In this document: positions 1 to 10,702 of the stretch, in pieces
Layout of the letters: each line of letters starts with the position of its first letter
Numbering within the stretch: position 1 is the first letter of the stretch
From: an uncultured delta proteobacterium
Lineage (GTDB): Bacteria > Desulfobacterota > RBG-13-43-22
DNA length: 64,000 nucleotides
Assembly (NCBI GenBank): GCA_963843145.1
Contig: CAWJJC010000020.1
Coordinates: 640,001 to 704,000 of the forward strand
Direction of reading: 5' to 3'
Program-made: the position numbers and the translations under genes
The notes under the pieces: model-generated
The model's database searches: none
What the model saw: the letters and a program-made list of their open reading frames with translations, nothing else
What the model was told of the DNA's origin: nothing

Positions 1-82
1 GGGCGGAGGGAGTCGCCCTACGATGGAACCGATCGAGCGGACGGCGAATAAAGATAAGGATGGCCCGTTTATTTATGTCCGA

Positions 83-897
83 TTAGATAGTCGAATAAGA
101 AGACTTTAATGGCCCTATATCTTCCTTTTTCAAAAAAAGTTTACCAATATTGTCTAATTTATTGATAATGAGCGGACCAGTAATAGATTTAGATTTTCGA
201 TCAAAGTTTGTTGAGATTATTGTGTCGTTATATATTTCCAAAATAACTTGATTTTCGTTATCAACAACAAAAAATTCTTTTTGGTTTTTTGCTTTATTAA
301 GTCCGATTCCGTAAGAAAACATAATCGACGTAAAAACCAAAAAACCCAAGATTAGGAACAGGCTTTGATACTTGATATTGATGAAACTGAGCAAGTCGTT
401 GTTAGCGACTTCCATTTCTGTAATTTCTTGCATCCGAAGTTTTTCTAAATAGCCATTTGCTTTTCTTTGAGAGGTTAGGGGAAATAAGAATTCCATAAAA
501 GCAAAAAAAATAATTAAAATAATAATAACCACCCAAGTAGCTCGATTATCTAAAAAATAGCCAAGTATTAATAAAAAAATAACTACGGAAAAAACATATT
601 TCAGAGACCTTAAAATTGGACTATCTTTTCGGGGCATAAATTGCACAATTAAATTTATCAAAAGAATAACAAGAAAAGTGCCCCGCATATGGACCCAGCC
701 GCGATAAAAATTGAAGACAAATTAATTGATATCAACTTTGTGGGAATTCCAAAATAGGTAGCATACCCCGACTCATATGCGAATGTTACCGAATAGGTGA
801 GCGCGGAAAAACCAGCCAAAATTAAACCTTCTGTGATCAAACGTTGGGAAGTTGAATTCTCTTTTTTCGTGGTCATTACTTGATCCTCCGACGGCAA
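83..897 (-). CDS. Hypothetical multi-pass membrane protein, split into two ORFs (658-897 and 83-688) by an apparent 1-nt indel
   Basis: Two overlapping hydrophobic ORFs; one extra T in the minus-strand T run near 660-664 joins ...GALFLLFF to LINLIVQF...; very AT-rich compared with the rest of the window. Confidence 0.55.
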
Positions 898-904
898 AAA
901 GAGG

Positions 905-1096
905 CTAATTACGTTTTTTTGGTTTCGATGGTTTCGGTACCGGTCGCGGCTGAGGCTTTATGGCGACTTCCTGTCCTTCAAGCCATTGGATCAGGATTAG
1001 GCGGATCAGGTTTGAAAGGGTGCGGTGATCCGCGTCGGCAATCTTTCTGAGCCGTTCTTCGAGGTCGTCGGGTAGTCGGAGGCCAATTGATCCCAT
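905..1096 (-). CDS. Ribbon-helix-helix (CopG/Arc-like) DNA-binding protein
   Basis: MGSIGLRLPDDLEERLRKIADADHRTLSNLIRLIL fits the RHH beta-alpha-alpha pattern; ATG at 1096 chosen as start. Confidence 0.75.
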   Translation of the reverse strand: MGSIGLRLPDDLEERLRKIADADHRTLSNLIRLILIQWLEGQEVAIKPQPRPVPKPSKPKKRN

Positions 1097-1823
1097 GCGG
1101 CAATCAATAACAAAATTTGACCTTGACAGCAACGTTAAAATTGTTTAACAATGTCAAACTACCTACCTGGAGGAAAATTAAATAACGAGTTTCCCGAGAC
1201 TTCCAGTTCCGCGATGGCCGGACCGGACCCGCACCCGGCTTGTCGAGTCTCGGGAATGATTAAATCCCGAAACCCGTGAGGGCCGGGCAGCGTCCAGGTG
1301 GGGGACTGGCATTTGGCATTTGGCATTGGGTCGGACCTGACCAATCCCTACAAATTTTAGGGAAAGTACACCATTTAATGCCAATATTTTGCCTCAGAAG
1401 GCCCTTTTGGGAGTTAAAAATGGCCATTTTAACCCTGGTGTTGCACCCCGGTAACTGCCGCTGTTCTCTATCCGTTACTACCATTTTGCTATCGGTATTC
1501 TGCTTAGAAGCTATCCGCCTTTTACCCCACTTCACGACATCCCGTTTATCGCCGGGCCCCCATTCAGGCTTACGCGGAGGCCTCTTTTCCAGCCGAAAGG
1601 CCGCTATCTCCGGAAGGCCGGCATTATGGCCGATCCGGTGCAGGTCATGGTTAGGCCGTGTACTTTAAAATCCGACAGGGTTGAATCAGCACTTCAGCGG
1701 AAATACCTAATCCATCATAGGGGTTTCGAATTATCTATCCGGTCTTAATCCTGGTGGGTTCCGACAAAACTGAATGGTTGGGCCGATTGCCATTTCAAGC
1801 CTATGGTTCGCCAATGCCGGCTG

Positions 1824-2204
1824 TTAAGCCGCACTGGAAAGCGGGTGTACTTCCTTATCCAGGCGATCATCCAGAGCTTCCAGCGCCACTTCCAAATCAT
1901 AATGTGTTTGCAGATTAAGCCAGAATTCCGCTTCCATAGTAAAGAAACGCCCCAGACGGAGTGCCGTGTCGGCGGTTATGGCGCGACGTCCGTGTATGAT
2001 TTCATTTATGCGGCGCGGGGTCAACCCAATATCTTTGGCCAATCGGTACTGGGTCACGCCCATCGGCTCCAGAAATTCTGTCGACAGGATTTCGCCAGGG
2101 TGGATCGGGGGAAAATCACGTTTAGCGTGCATTTGGGCGTCTTTGCCGCCGTTCACTGAAGGGACTGTGGCAGCTTGGCGGAAAAATTTCTTTCGCTTGG
2201 CCAA
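1824..2204 (-). CDS. higA: HigA/VapI family antitoxin (XRE HTH)
   Basis: PIHPGEIL..EFLEPMG.TQYRLAKDIG...RRINEIIHGRRAITADTALRL..FF...AEFWLNLQ..YDL signature; true start may be the internal ATG near 2132. Confidence 0.9.
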   Translation of the reverse strand: MAKRKKFFRQAATVPSVNGGKDAQMHAKRDFPPIHPGEILSTEFLEPMGVTQYRLAKDIGLTPRRINEIIHGRRAITADTALRLGRFFTMEAEFWLNLQTHYDLEVALEALDDRLDKEVHPLSSAA

Positions 2205-2360
2205 TGCCTACCTCACGAAACGAGGGAGGAGTTTAAAATAGAAAAAAGAATTGCGACTGACATTGATAATCCAATTAAAATTAGCTATTTGTCAAATAAA
2301 AAAATACAATTGGCCCAGTAAAAGGGGCAGTAGATCAATTAATATTATGGGACGAAAACG

Positions 2361-2388
2361 CTGGATGCCGGATCGGGTCCGGCATGAC
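2361..2388. repeat. REP-like palindrome half unit (CTGGATGCCGGA-TCGGG-TCCGGCATGAC)
   Basis: Hairpin with CTGGAT...ATGAC ends shared with copies at 3721-3804 and 4037-4063. Confidence 0.6.
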
Positions 2389-2547
2389 GACTTAAACCGG
2401 ATACGGAAAACATATCAAGGTCGCCATTCCCATGCACGTCGGGGAAGGGATCGGGTCCCTGGCCGACGCTCAACGATTTAAGGAAAGGGCGACGGTCCCG
2501 GTGATCGTTCTGCCGATAGAAAAATAGAATCGGTTCCGGCGCAAAAG

Positions 2548-3057
2548 TCAGGACTTGTCAATGACTTGATCACGCAGCTTGGTCCTTTTCGAGGCGATGT
2601 TCGCTCGGACTCGCTTCAACAAAGGACTTAGGAGCCCATCCTCGCGGGAATCCCGTTCGATCTCCTTGTCCCATTCGTCCGGATGGCCTATCTTCATCAG
2701 GTCACGCACCTTCGGGCGTTTCTTCCGTGCGTTTCCTTGATCGGACAAGGCATACTTGAGCACTTTCCGCTGGTCATTCCTGGTGGTGATTTTTGCGACC
2801 AGGAGATCCCGATGCCGGCGTTCGGAGCAGGCTCTGGCGACGGCGTGGGCAGCATGTTCCCTTTTGAATAGAGTGGCGGTGTCAAGCTGATCACAAAACG
2901 TACCGTCAGACACATTGAGAAAGAGTCGCCAGCGTCCGTTGGGCAGGAGATCGGAATAGATCACATACCGCACCGGGTTATGGAGATCGGCTATACGGGA
3001 TTTAAGCTCACGAATTTCCGCTGGAGACAGCTCCTCATCCTGTTTCTTAAAATTCAT
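2548..3057 (-). CDS. Hypothetical protein directly downstream of the RelE-type toxin
   Basis: 169-aa ORF starting 9 nt after the toxin stop on the same strand; no confident family. Confidence 0.55.
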   Translation of the reverse strand: MNFKKQDEELSPAEIRELKSRIADLHNPVRYVIYSDLLPNGRWRLFLNVSDGTFCDQLDTATLFKREHAAHAVARACSERRHRDLLVAKITTRNDQRKVLKYALSDQGNARKKRPKVRDLMKIGHPDEWDKEIERDSREDGLLSPLLKRVRANIASKRTKLRDQVIDKS

Positions 3058-3066
3058 AATGATATC

Positions 3067-3345
3067 TCACCGGTAAGCCTCTTCATGGGTCCCGATATTA
3101 ACGGGGATGATCGTTTTTTCGGTAACGATCAATTCGATGGTCACTCGGTAGGTAAAATTTATGGAAACGGAGTGAAGCGATTGCAGTTTTTCTCTCAGGG
3201 AATGAAGACCGAGGGATGGATGTTGGGGGTCCAATTCCAGGAGCTTGAGGGTTTTTTCGTATTGGCCGATCAGGTCCGGATGCTTCTTAAAGAATTGCGA
3301 GGCCCTTTTCGTGTAGCTTTTGGTGAAGATGATTTTATAAGGCAT
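3067..3345 (-). CDS. RelE/ParE (YafQ-like) family toxin
   Basis: MPYKIIFTKSY...HPSLGLHSL...HSVSIN..YRV...IGTHEEAY; start overlaps the Phd gene end. Confidence 0.85.
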   Translation of the reverse strand: MPYKIIFTKSYTKRASQFFKKHPDLIGQYEKTLKLLELDPQHPSLGLHSLREKLQSLHSVSINFTYRVTIELIVTEKTIIPVNIGTHEEAYR

Positions 3346-3592
3346 CGGCGATACGCCGGATATGTTCTTCAATCGTGTCGCTAAATATTTCCCCTCGTTC
3401 GAGTTCCTTTTTGGTTTCAACGATCGCCGCTTCAAGTTCGCACTCGCGAAGGTGATTGTATGTCTCAAAATCCATGACGACGTACTTGTTTTTGCCCCTT
3501 ACGGTGATCACGGCCGCCTTCTGCTCATCGATGATCGACTCCAGGGCCGATATTCCTCTGGTCTTCAGTTCATTGGCACTAATAGCAGCCAT
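3335..3592 (-). CDS. Phd/YefM family antitoxin
   Basis: ISANELKTRG...AVITVRGKNKYVVMD..TY; immediately upstream of and overlapping the toxin. Confidence 0.85.
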   Translation of the reverse strand: MAAISANELKTRGISALESIIDEQKAAVITVRGKNKYVVMDFETYNHLRECELEAAIVETKKELERGEIFSDTIEEHIRRIADAL

Positions 3593-3720
3593 TGATTCCC
3601 CCTAATCTGAGTTCTTAAATGCTTTTTCCTTTATTATTAATGATACTCTTAATAATACTGTAAATCGACCTTTTTCTTAACAGTCTCATAATAGAACCGA
3701 CTATCCTCTGGCCTTCATAT

Positions 3721-3804
3721 CGTCATCCCGCAGCGATTTTGGGCGGGAATCCAGTCCCTGCCTTGTGCGATTCTGGATCCCCGATTAAAAACTCGGGGAT
3801 GACG
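3721..3804. repeat. REP/RPE-like composite palindromic element
   Basis: CGTCATCCCGC...GCGGGAATCCAG spacer CTGGATCCCCGA...TCGGGGATGACG; two hairpins in inverted arrangement. Confidence 0.7.
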
Positions 3805-4036
3805 GTCGGTGTATGTACAGGCTATTGTGAGACCGAAAAATAATTGCCGGCCCTTCAGCGACAATGAAAAAATATTCATTTTCTGCGCACTCTGCGGGCT
3901 CTGGGAGAGATGGTCTCTACCTTCTTTCCCGATGACCGGCTTGGGACATTTTACCAAATAATCACCCGGTTCCCCGATCTGGTGGTTCGAAACCCGCTGA
4001 TTCGTTAATTTTTGTTCTCAGGTCAAACGGATAGGC

Positions 4037-4063
4037 CTGGATTCCCGCCTGCACAGGAATGAC
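4037..4063. repeat. REP-like palindrome half unit
   Basis: CTGGATTCCCGCCTGCACAGGAATGAC, same family as 3721-3804. Confidence 0.6.
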
Positions 4064-4122
4064 TAAATGATATGTATTTTCAAATTGTTACGAATTTAGC
4101 CCCTGCCCTTCTCCTTAAAAAA

Positions 4123-4152
4123 TTGACTTTGCCTCTTTAATCCCATTATATT
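4123..4152 (+). promoter_or_regulatory. Putative sigma70 promoter for the purL operon
   Basis: TTGACT-N18-TATATT about 120 nt upstream of purL. Confidence 0.4.
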
Positions 4153-4275
4153 CAAGACATTCTCTGAGAAATCTGTAAACGAACCGTTTATTCCTCTCGC
4201 CCGTTCCCTCCGATTACTTGAACGCTCAGAATGGCAGAGAGACCTTTTTTCGAACTTCGTCAGGGCAGATAAAAA

Positions 4276-7270
4276 ATGACCAAACGATTAGAGATTACCT
4301 TAAAGCCCGAGCTAAAGGACCCCGAGGGGGAAAACCTGCGGAAAAAGGCCCGAAATTATCTGGGCCTGACCCTGGAGGAGGTCCGCACCCTCCAGGTGCT
4401 GACCTTTGACACCTCGCTGACGGATGAGCAGTTGGAAGACGTCCGGGTTCGAATTTTTACCAATCCGGTAACCCAGGTTTCCTCCTTTGAACCGTTGGCC
4501 AAGGATTTTGACTGGCTGATCTGGATCGGTTTTTTGCCCGGGGTGCGGGACAATGCCGGCAGCACGGCCCTGGAAGCCGTCGAAGCCCTGCTGGGAATCC
4601 GCCTCCCGGAAGGGGAAGCCATTTATACCTCCCGGCAGTATCAACTCAAGGCCCCGCGCTTGAAAAAAAGGCAGGTGGAAAATATCGCCCGGGAATTGCT
4701 GGCCAATGACCTGATCCAGCAGTGGAAGCTTTTTCAGCGGTCCGACTGGGACCCGGAAACCGGGATCGGTTGGCCTGTCTCCAAGGTCGCCCTCCGGCAC
4801 CAGCCCTCGGTTTCAGTGATCCCGGTGGATTCCCTGGACTTCCTGCTAAAGATCAATAAAGAACGGTCCTGGGCCCTGCCGGCCGGGGATTTGAAAGTCA
4901 TTCAAGCCTACTTCAACAAGCCGGAGGTCCAGGCGGCCCGAAAAGCCGTGGGCCTTTCGCAGCCCACCGACGTGGAGCTGGAATACATCTCCCAGGCCCG
5001 GAGCGATCATTGCAATCACAATACTTTTCAGGGCCTTTTTAAGTACCGGGATCTGGATACGGGAGAAGAAGTCCTGATCGATAATCTTTTCAAAACCTTT
5101 ATCGAGGCCCCGACCCTGCAAATCCAAAGGGAAAAAGACTGGGTGGTCTCGGTCCTCTGGGACAATGCCGGCGTGGCCCGCTTTGACGAGCAGCACCATT
5201 ACGTGATTACGGCCGAGACCCATAACAGTCCTTCCAATATGGAACCCTATGGCGGTTCCCTGACCGGGATCGTGGGAGTTTACCGGGACCCACTGGGCAC
5301 GGGCAAAGGGCTCGAAACTCATCATGGGCAGTTACGGGTTCTGCGTTGGCCCGCGGGATTACTCCGGACCGCTTTCACCCCGCCTGCATCCCCGACGGCT
5401 TTTGGACGGGATCATCGAAGGGGTCCGGGACGGGGGGAACAAGAGCGGGATCCCCACTCCTTTCGGACAGGTCTTTTTCCATCCCGGGTATTTAGGGAAA
5501 TGCCTGGTTTTTGTGGCCGCCCTGGGTTTCATGCCGGCCCAAATCAACGGGGAGCCCAGCGACCGGAAACGCACCGAACCGGGAGACCTGATCGTCATGT
5601 GCGGCGGGCGGGTGGGCAAAGACGGGATCCACGGCGTCACCGCCTCCTCGGAGGTCTACAGCGCCGACACCCCGGCCGGTCACGTCCAGATCGGCGACCC
5701 CTACACCCAGAAAAAAATGCACGATTTTCTGCTGGAGGCCCGGGACGAGGGGCTGATTACCTACCTCACCGACAACGGGGGCGGGGGATTGTCCTCCTCG
5801 GTGGGAGAATCGGCCCGTTTCAGCAACGGCTGCGAGGTTTATCTGGACCGGGTGCCCCTGAAATATGACGGGCTGGATCAATGGGAAATCTGGGTCTCCG
5901 AATCCCAGGAACGGATGACCGTGGGCCTGAAACCGGGGTTCTGGGAAAAGTTCCAGGCCCTGGCCCAAAAGCATGACGTGGAAACCACGGTCATCGGCCG
6001 TTATACCGACTCCGGCAAGGTGCATCTCCTTTATCAAGACCGAACCTGCGGTTACGTGGACCTGGATTTTTTGAAAAGCGATTTCCCCCAATGGGTTTTT
6101 GAAGCGGAGTGGCAGCCCCCGGAAAAACGGGGATTTTTTGAACCGGTTTTTCAGGAACCGGCGGATTACGAGGACCTCCTGAAAGACCTGTTCTCCCGGC
6201 CCAATATCGCCTCTAAAAACTGGATCGCCCGTCAATACGACCACGAGGTCCAGGGAGGAAGCGTCCTTAAGCCTCTGGTTGGCAAATACCGGGATATCCC
6301 GGGCGACGCGGTGGTCTTACGGCCTTACCTCCCCTCCCGGCGCGGCCTGGCCTATACTCAGGCCCTCAACCCGACCTACTCGGTCTTGGATACCCAGGCC
6401 ATGGTCGCCGTGACCATCGACGAGGCCGTCCGCCGGCTGCTGGTGGTGGGGGCCGACCTGGAGCAGATCGGGGGAGTGGATAATTTCTGCTGGCCGGCCA
6501 TCCAGTACCACCCTCAAGAGAATCCGGATGGGAAGCTGAAGGCCGCTCAACTGGTGCGGGCCAATCAGGCCCTGAAGGAAGTCTGCCTCCATTTCGGCAT
6601 CCCCCTGCTGTCCGGCAAAGACAGCATGTACGTGGATGGTTATATCCAGGGGCCTTACGGGGAAGCCCACCGGGTTTCCGGCCCGCCTACCCTGCAGTTC
6701 ACCGCCACCGGCGTGGTGGCGGATGTGGTCCAGTGCCTGTCCCTGGATTTTAAATTTCCCGGAGATCTCATCTATATATTAGGGGAGACCCGGGACGAAC
6801 TCGGAGGATCCGAGTATTATGAAATGATGGGCTATGTCGGTCTTCAGGTGCCCCGCTTCCGTGGAGATAAGGAGAGAGACCATTACCGGGTCCTCCAGGA
6901 GGCCATCGGCCAAGGCCTGGTCTCGGCGGCTCACGGGGTTTATCGGGGCGGACTGGGGATCCATCTGATCCTCATGGCCCTGGCCGGGGACCTGGGGTTG
7001 GAAATGGATTTGTCGCGGGTCCCGGCCTCACCTAACCTCCGGCCGGACAAACTACTGTTTTCCGAGACCTGCGGGCGGGTGATCCTGACGGTGGACCCGC
7101 AAAAGCAGGAGGCCTTTGAACACTTGATGGCCGGTTGTATCTGCCGATCGGTGGGGCTGGTGACCAAGATCCGGCGGATAGTGTTCACCCATGAAGGGCA
7201 AAACCTGATTAAAACAAGATTAAAAAACTTTCGGGCCGCCTTCCACCGGCCCTTCGGAGATTTGGTATGA
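4276..7270 (+). CDS. purL: Phosphoribosylformylglycinamidine synthase subunit PurL with N-terminal PurS-like region; +1 frameshift at ~5308-5310
   Basis: SDHCNH, ETHNSPS, GKDGIHG, SESQERM, QYDHEV and GKDSM motifs across two ORFs; deleting one G from GGCAAAGGGCTC restores GTGKGSKLIMG. Confidence 0.92.
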
Positions 7271-8106
7271 ACGGTCCACGGGCGTTGGTCTTAACCGGAT
7301 ACGGGCTGAATTGCGACTGGGAAACCCAGCATAGCCTGACCCTGGCCGGGTTCCAGGCGGATCGGGTTCACATCAGCCAGTTGATCGCTTCCCGAGAGGA
7401 TCGGGATAAAGTCAACCTTCAGGACTATCACCTCCTGGCCCTGGACGGCGGCTTCAGTTGGGGAGACGATCACGGAGCCGGGGTTATTCTGGCCGCCCGA
7501 CTCAAGTATACCTTGCAGGAAGACCTGGAGACCTTTATCTCGGCCGGTAAATTGATCATCGGTATCTGTAACGGCTTTCAGGGCATGGTCAACCTGGGGC
7601 TGCTGCCCGGTTTCGCCGGCGATTATGGGAAAAGATTAGTGGCTTTGATCGCCAATGAGAGTGGAAATTTCCGAAACGACTGGGTGCGGCTGCGGGCCAA
7701 TCCGGATTCTCCCTGTATTTTTACCCGGGGAATTGAAAAAATTGAACTGCCTATCCGCCATGGAGAAGGCCGGTTTTATGCCCCTCCCGAAGTGCTGGAG
7801 CAACTGGTGGCCGGGCAGCAGGTAGCCCTGTCCTATGCCCTGCCGGCGGGAGAAAAGGCCCAGGGCCATTTCCCGGAAAATCCCAACGGCTCCTTGCTGG
7901 ATATCGCCGGGATTTGCGACCCCAGCGGGCGCATTTTCGGGTTGATGCCCCATCCGGAGGCCTTCCATCATTGGACCAACCATCCTCGCTGGACGCTGAT
8001 CAAAGAAGCGCTGCGGCGGGATGGAAAAAGTCTGGAAAAAGAGGAAGGCCAGGGCCTGCGCCTTTTCAAGAACGCCGCCGAATATATTCGCCAGAATTTG
8101 GTATGA
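7267..8106 (+). CDS. purQ: FGAM synthase glutaminase subunit PurQ
   Basis: GGFSWGD, GICNGFQ (catalytic Cys), HGEG, GLMPHPE; ATGA overlap with purL. Confidence 0.93.
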   Translation: MNGPRALVLTGYGLNCDWETQHSLTLAGFQADRVHISQLIASREDRDKVNLQDYHLLALDGGFSWGDDHGAGVILAARLKYTLQEDLETFISAGKLIIGICNGFQGMVNLGLLPGFAGDYGKRLVALIANESGNFRNDWVRLRANPDSPCIFTRGIEKIELPIRHGEGRFYAPPEVLEQLVAGQQVALSYALPAGEKAQGHFPENPNGSLLDIAGICDPSGRIFGLMPHPEAFHHWTNHPRWTLIKEALRRDGKSLEKEEGQGLRLFKNAAEYIRQNLV

Positions 8107-8136
8107 AAATAGAAACGAATAAGGAATCCTAACCTA

Positions 8137-8784
8137 TTGTTTGTCACCTTTGAAGGAATAGAAGGTTCCGGTAAAACCACCCAGATTAAGCGACTGCGAA
8201 AGGTCCTGAGAGAGCGGGGCTTGTCCTGCCTGGTAACCCGGGAACCGGGGGGAACGGCCATCGGAAAGCAGATCCGAACAATTTTGCTGGATCAGCACAA
8301 CAAAAGCATCCAGCCGAAAACGGAGCTGTTCCTTTACCTGGCCGACCGCTGCCAGCATGTGGCCGAAAAAATCCAACCGGCGCTCATCCGGGGGGATTGG
8401 GTGATCTGCGACCGTTTTTGGGATGCTACGCTGGTTTACCAGGGCTTGGCCCGGGGACTGAACCTGAGGACCCTGGAAAAGCTGCGCCCCCTGGTATTGA
8501 ATTCCCTGGTTCCGGACCTGACCTTTTTGCTGGACTGTCCGGTCACTATCGGCCTGCCTCGGGCCTGGAAAAGAATCCAGCGGTCCGCTCAGGGTCTGCG
8601 GGAGTCCCGCTTTGAAGAAGAGGCCCAGGCCTTTCACGAAAAAATCCGGCAGGGGTATTTGGTTCTGGCTCGGCGGGAACCCCGGCGCTTCCGGGTTCTG
8701 GACGCCACCCAGCTCCCTGAAAAAATTCACCAGGAAATCCAGCGGCATCTTTTTCCAAAGGACCCCGGCACCCATGTCTTTTAA
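8137..8784 (+). CDS. tmk: Thymidylate kinase
   Basis: FVTFEGIEGSGKTTQ P-loop, TREPGGT, CDRF..AT..YQG. Confidence 0.95.
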   Translation: MFVTFEGIEGSGKTTQIKRLRKVLRERGLSCLVTREPGGTAIGKQIRTILLDQHNKSIQPKTELFLYLADRCQHVAEKIQPALIRGDWVICDRFWDATLVYQGLARGLNLRTLEKLRPLVLNSLVPDLTFLLDCPVTIGLPRAWKRIQRSAQGLRESRFEEEAQAFHEKIRQGYLVLARREPRRFRVLDATQLPEKIHQEIQRHLFPKDPGTHVF

Positions 8785-9776
8785 AGACATTCAAGGACAA
8801 GAGCGGGCTATCGGACTGCTGCGGCGGGCCTTGGACCGGGACAAAGTCCACCATGCTTACCTGTTTACCGGTCCGGACGGGATCGGGAAAAAAAAGACGG
8901 CCCTGGAAATGGCCAAGGCCTTGAATTGTCTGCAGCCGGGCCCGGAAGGAGGCTGCGACTCCTGCGTTTCCTGTCTGAAAATAGAAAAAAATTGCCATCC
9001 GGACCTGGTGCATCTGAAACCGGAAAAAAATCAGATCACGATTGATCAAATTCGGGAACTGGAGGAACAAGTGGCCTATCCGCCCTATGGAGGCCGGTAT
9101 CGCCTGATCCTCTTGGATAAAGCGTCGGACTTGAATGTCTGGGCCGCCAACGCCTTTTTGAAAACCCTGGAGGAACCGCCGTCCGGAAATATTTTTGTCC
9201 TTTTGGTCAATGATCCGGGTGAACTCTTGCCCACCCTGGTTTCCCGGTGCCTGCGGCTTACTTTCAGCCCCCTCTCCCTGGACCTGATCAACCGAAAATT
9301 GATCGCGGATCTGGGATCAGACCCCGAAAAAGCCCAGGTCATCAGCCGTGCCTCCGGGGGGAGTTTGGGTCGGGCCTATCATTTGTTCGAGAAATTTTCG
9401 GAAGAGAAATCCTGGGATAAAGAATTTGGAATCCTGGCTACGGCAGTTGGAGTCCCTTTCCCTGGGTCGCCTGTCCCCCTTAATCGAAGGGGTGAAGGAT
9501 TGGCTGGGTTCCCGGGAGCAGATGCAGGAGGCCCTGGAAATCGGCAGTACCTGCTTACGGGATATCCTCTGGTTTCGTAACGGCCTGGACGACCTCGTTT
9601 TTCTCCCGACGAAATATAAGGAAAGGCTTAAGGGACTGGCCTTTCGCTGTCCGGAAAGAACCTGGCTCAAGGGCTACGACCTGATTACCCAGGCCGCCCA
9701 GGATCTACTTCGGCAGGTCAACCCCCAATTGACCTGGGAGATGCTCTGGATCAACATGGCCCGGGCCGCTCACTGA
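8774..9776 (+). CDS. holB: DNA polymerase III delta' subunit; frameshift at ~9390-9430
   Basis: HAYLFTGPDGIGK, C-x8-CDSC-x2-C zinc module, HPD, AANAFLKTLEEP, LLPTLVSRC; C-terminal part continues in ORF 9348-9776; conserved tmk-holB-ricT-metG order. Confidence 0.88.
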
Positions 9777-9832
9777 TTTTTCACTTATAAAATTTTACTT
9801 CCTATCGTATAATTATTTAAAAGAACACCTGA

Positions 9833-10678
9833 GTGCCTTCTATGGAAAAAGAATCCTTAAAAATAGTCGGAGTCCGGTTTCAACAGGCGGGCTGTATCTA
9901 TGATTTCGATTGCGGCCACTTCGTAATGAAATCCGGAGATAAGGTAATCGTTAAAACGGAACAGGGCTTGGGTCTGGGGAAAGTGGTCCGGGGTCCCTTC
10001 AAGGTCGATCCGCCCGAGGGGGGACGCGAGTTCAAAAAAATATTCCGCATGGCCCACGCCGAGGACCTGGCCCAATACGATAAGATCCGGGAGCGCGAGA
10101 AAGAGGCCTTCCGTTTTTGCCTGGAGCGCATCCGGGAACGGAACCTGCAAATGAAACTGGTCCGGGTCGAATGTTTTTTCGACGGCAGCAAGGTCATCTT
10201 CTATTTTACCGCGGACGGCCGCGTGGATTTTCGGGAATTGGTGAAAGACCTGGTTCATCGTTTTCATACCCGGATCGAAATGCGTCAAATCGGGGTGCGC
10301 AACGAGGCCAAGATGATCGGCGGTTTGGGCCCCTGCGGGCGGGAGTTATGTTGCGCTTCGTTCCTGCCGGATTTCGCGGCCGTTTCGGTCAAGATGGCCA
10401 AAGAGCAGAATCTACCCCTGAACCCCACCAAAATATCTGGAATTTGCGGCCGCTTGATGTGCTGCCTGACCTATGAGTATGAAACGTATCAGCAACTGAA
10501 AAAGGATTTTCCCAAGATCGGCAAAACCATTATGAGCCCACTGGGACCGGTGAAAGTGCTGAGACAAAACGTGATGGAAGGAACGATTCTGGCGGAAACG
10601 GCCCAGCGAGAGGAAAAGATCATCAAGGTCTCCGAACTCACCCCGGGGGTCGCCGAAAACAAAAAGGACAAGGGTTGA
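9833..10678 (+). CDS. ricT: PSP1/RicT (YaaT) family protein
   Basis: GRVDFRELVKDL, RIEMRQIGVR, GPCGRELCC, KISGICGRLMCCL. Confidence 0.9.
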   Translation: MPSMEKESLKIVGVRFQQAGCIYDFDCGHFVMKSGDKVIVKTEQGLGLGKVVRGPFKVDPPEGGREFKKIFRMAHAEDLAQYDKIREREKEAFRFCLERIRERNLQMKLVRVECFFDGSKVIFYFTADGRVDFRELVKDLVHRFHTRIEMRQIGVRNEAKMIGGLGPCGRELCCASFLPDFAAVSVKMAKEQNLPLNPTKISGICGRLMCCLTYEYETYQQLKKDFPKIGKTIMSPLGPVKVLRQNVMEGTILAETAQREEKIIKVSELTPGVAENKKDKG

Positions 10679-10702
10679 ACCGCTGAGAGGTGATCCACGA
10701 AG

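Noticed and set aside
1276-1668. 130-aa ORF and overlapping short ORFs at 1159-1668
   Set aside because: No RBS or recognisable motif; they overlap hairpins and repeats and are probably non-coding
83-3592. Integron cassette array (co-oriented small genes, TA modules)
   Set aside because: No attC-like RYYYAAC...GTTRRRY structures or integrase recognised
5308-5310. Programmed frameshifting or pseudogenisation of purL, and likewise holB (~9400), mqnC (~48855) and the gene at 83-897
   Set aside because: Single-base indels, mostly in short homopolymers, in core genes with no slippery heptamer or other decay; sequencing or assembly error is the simplest explanation, to be confirmed from reads
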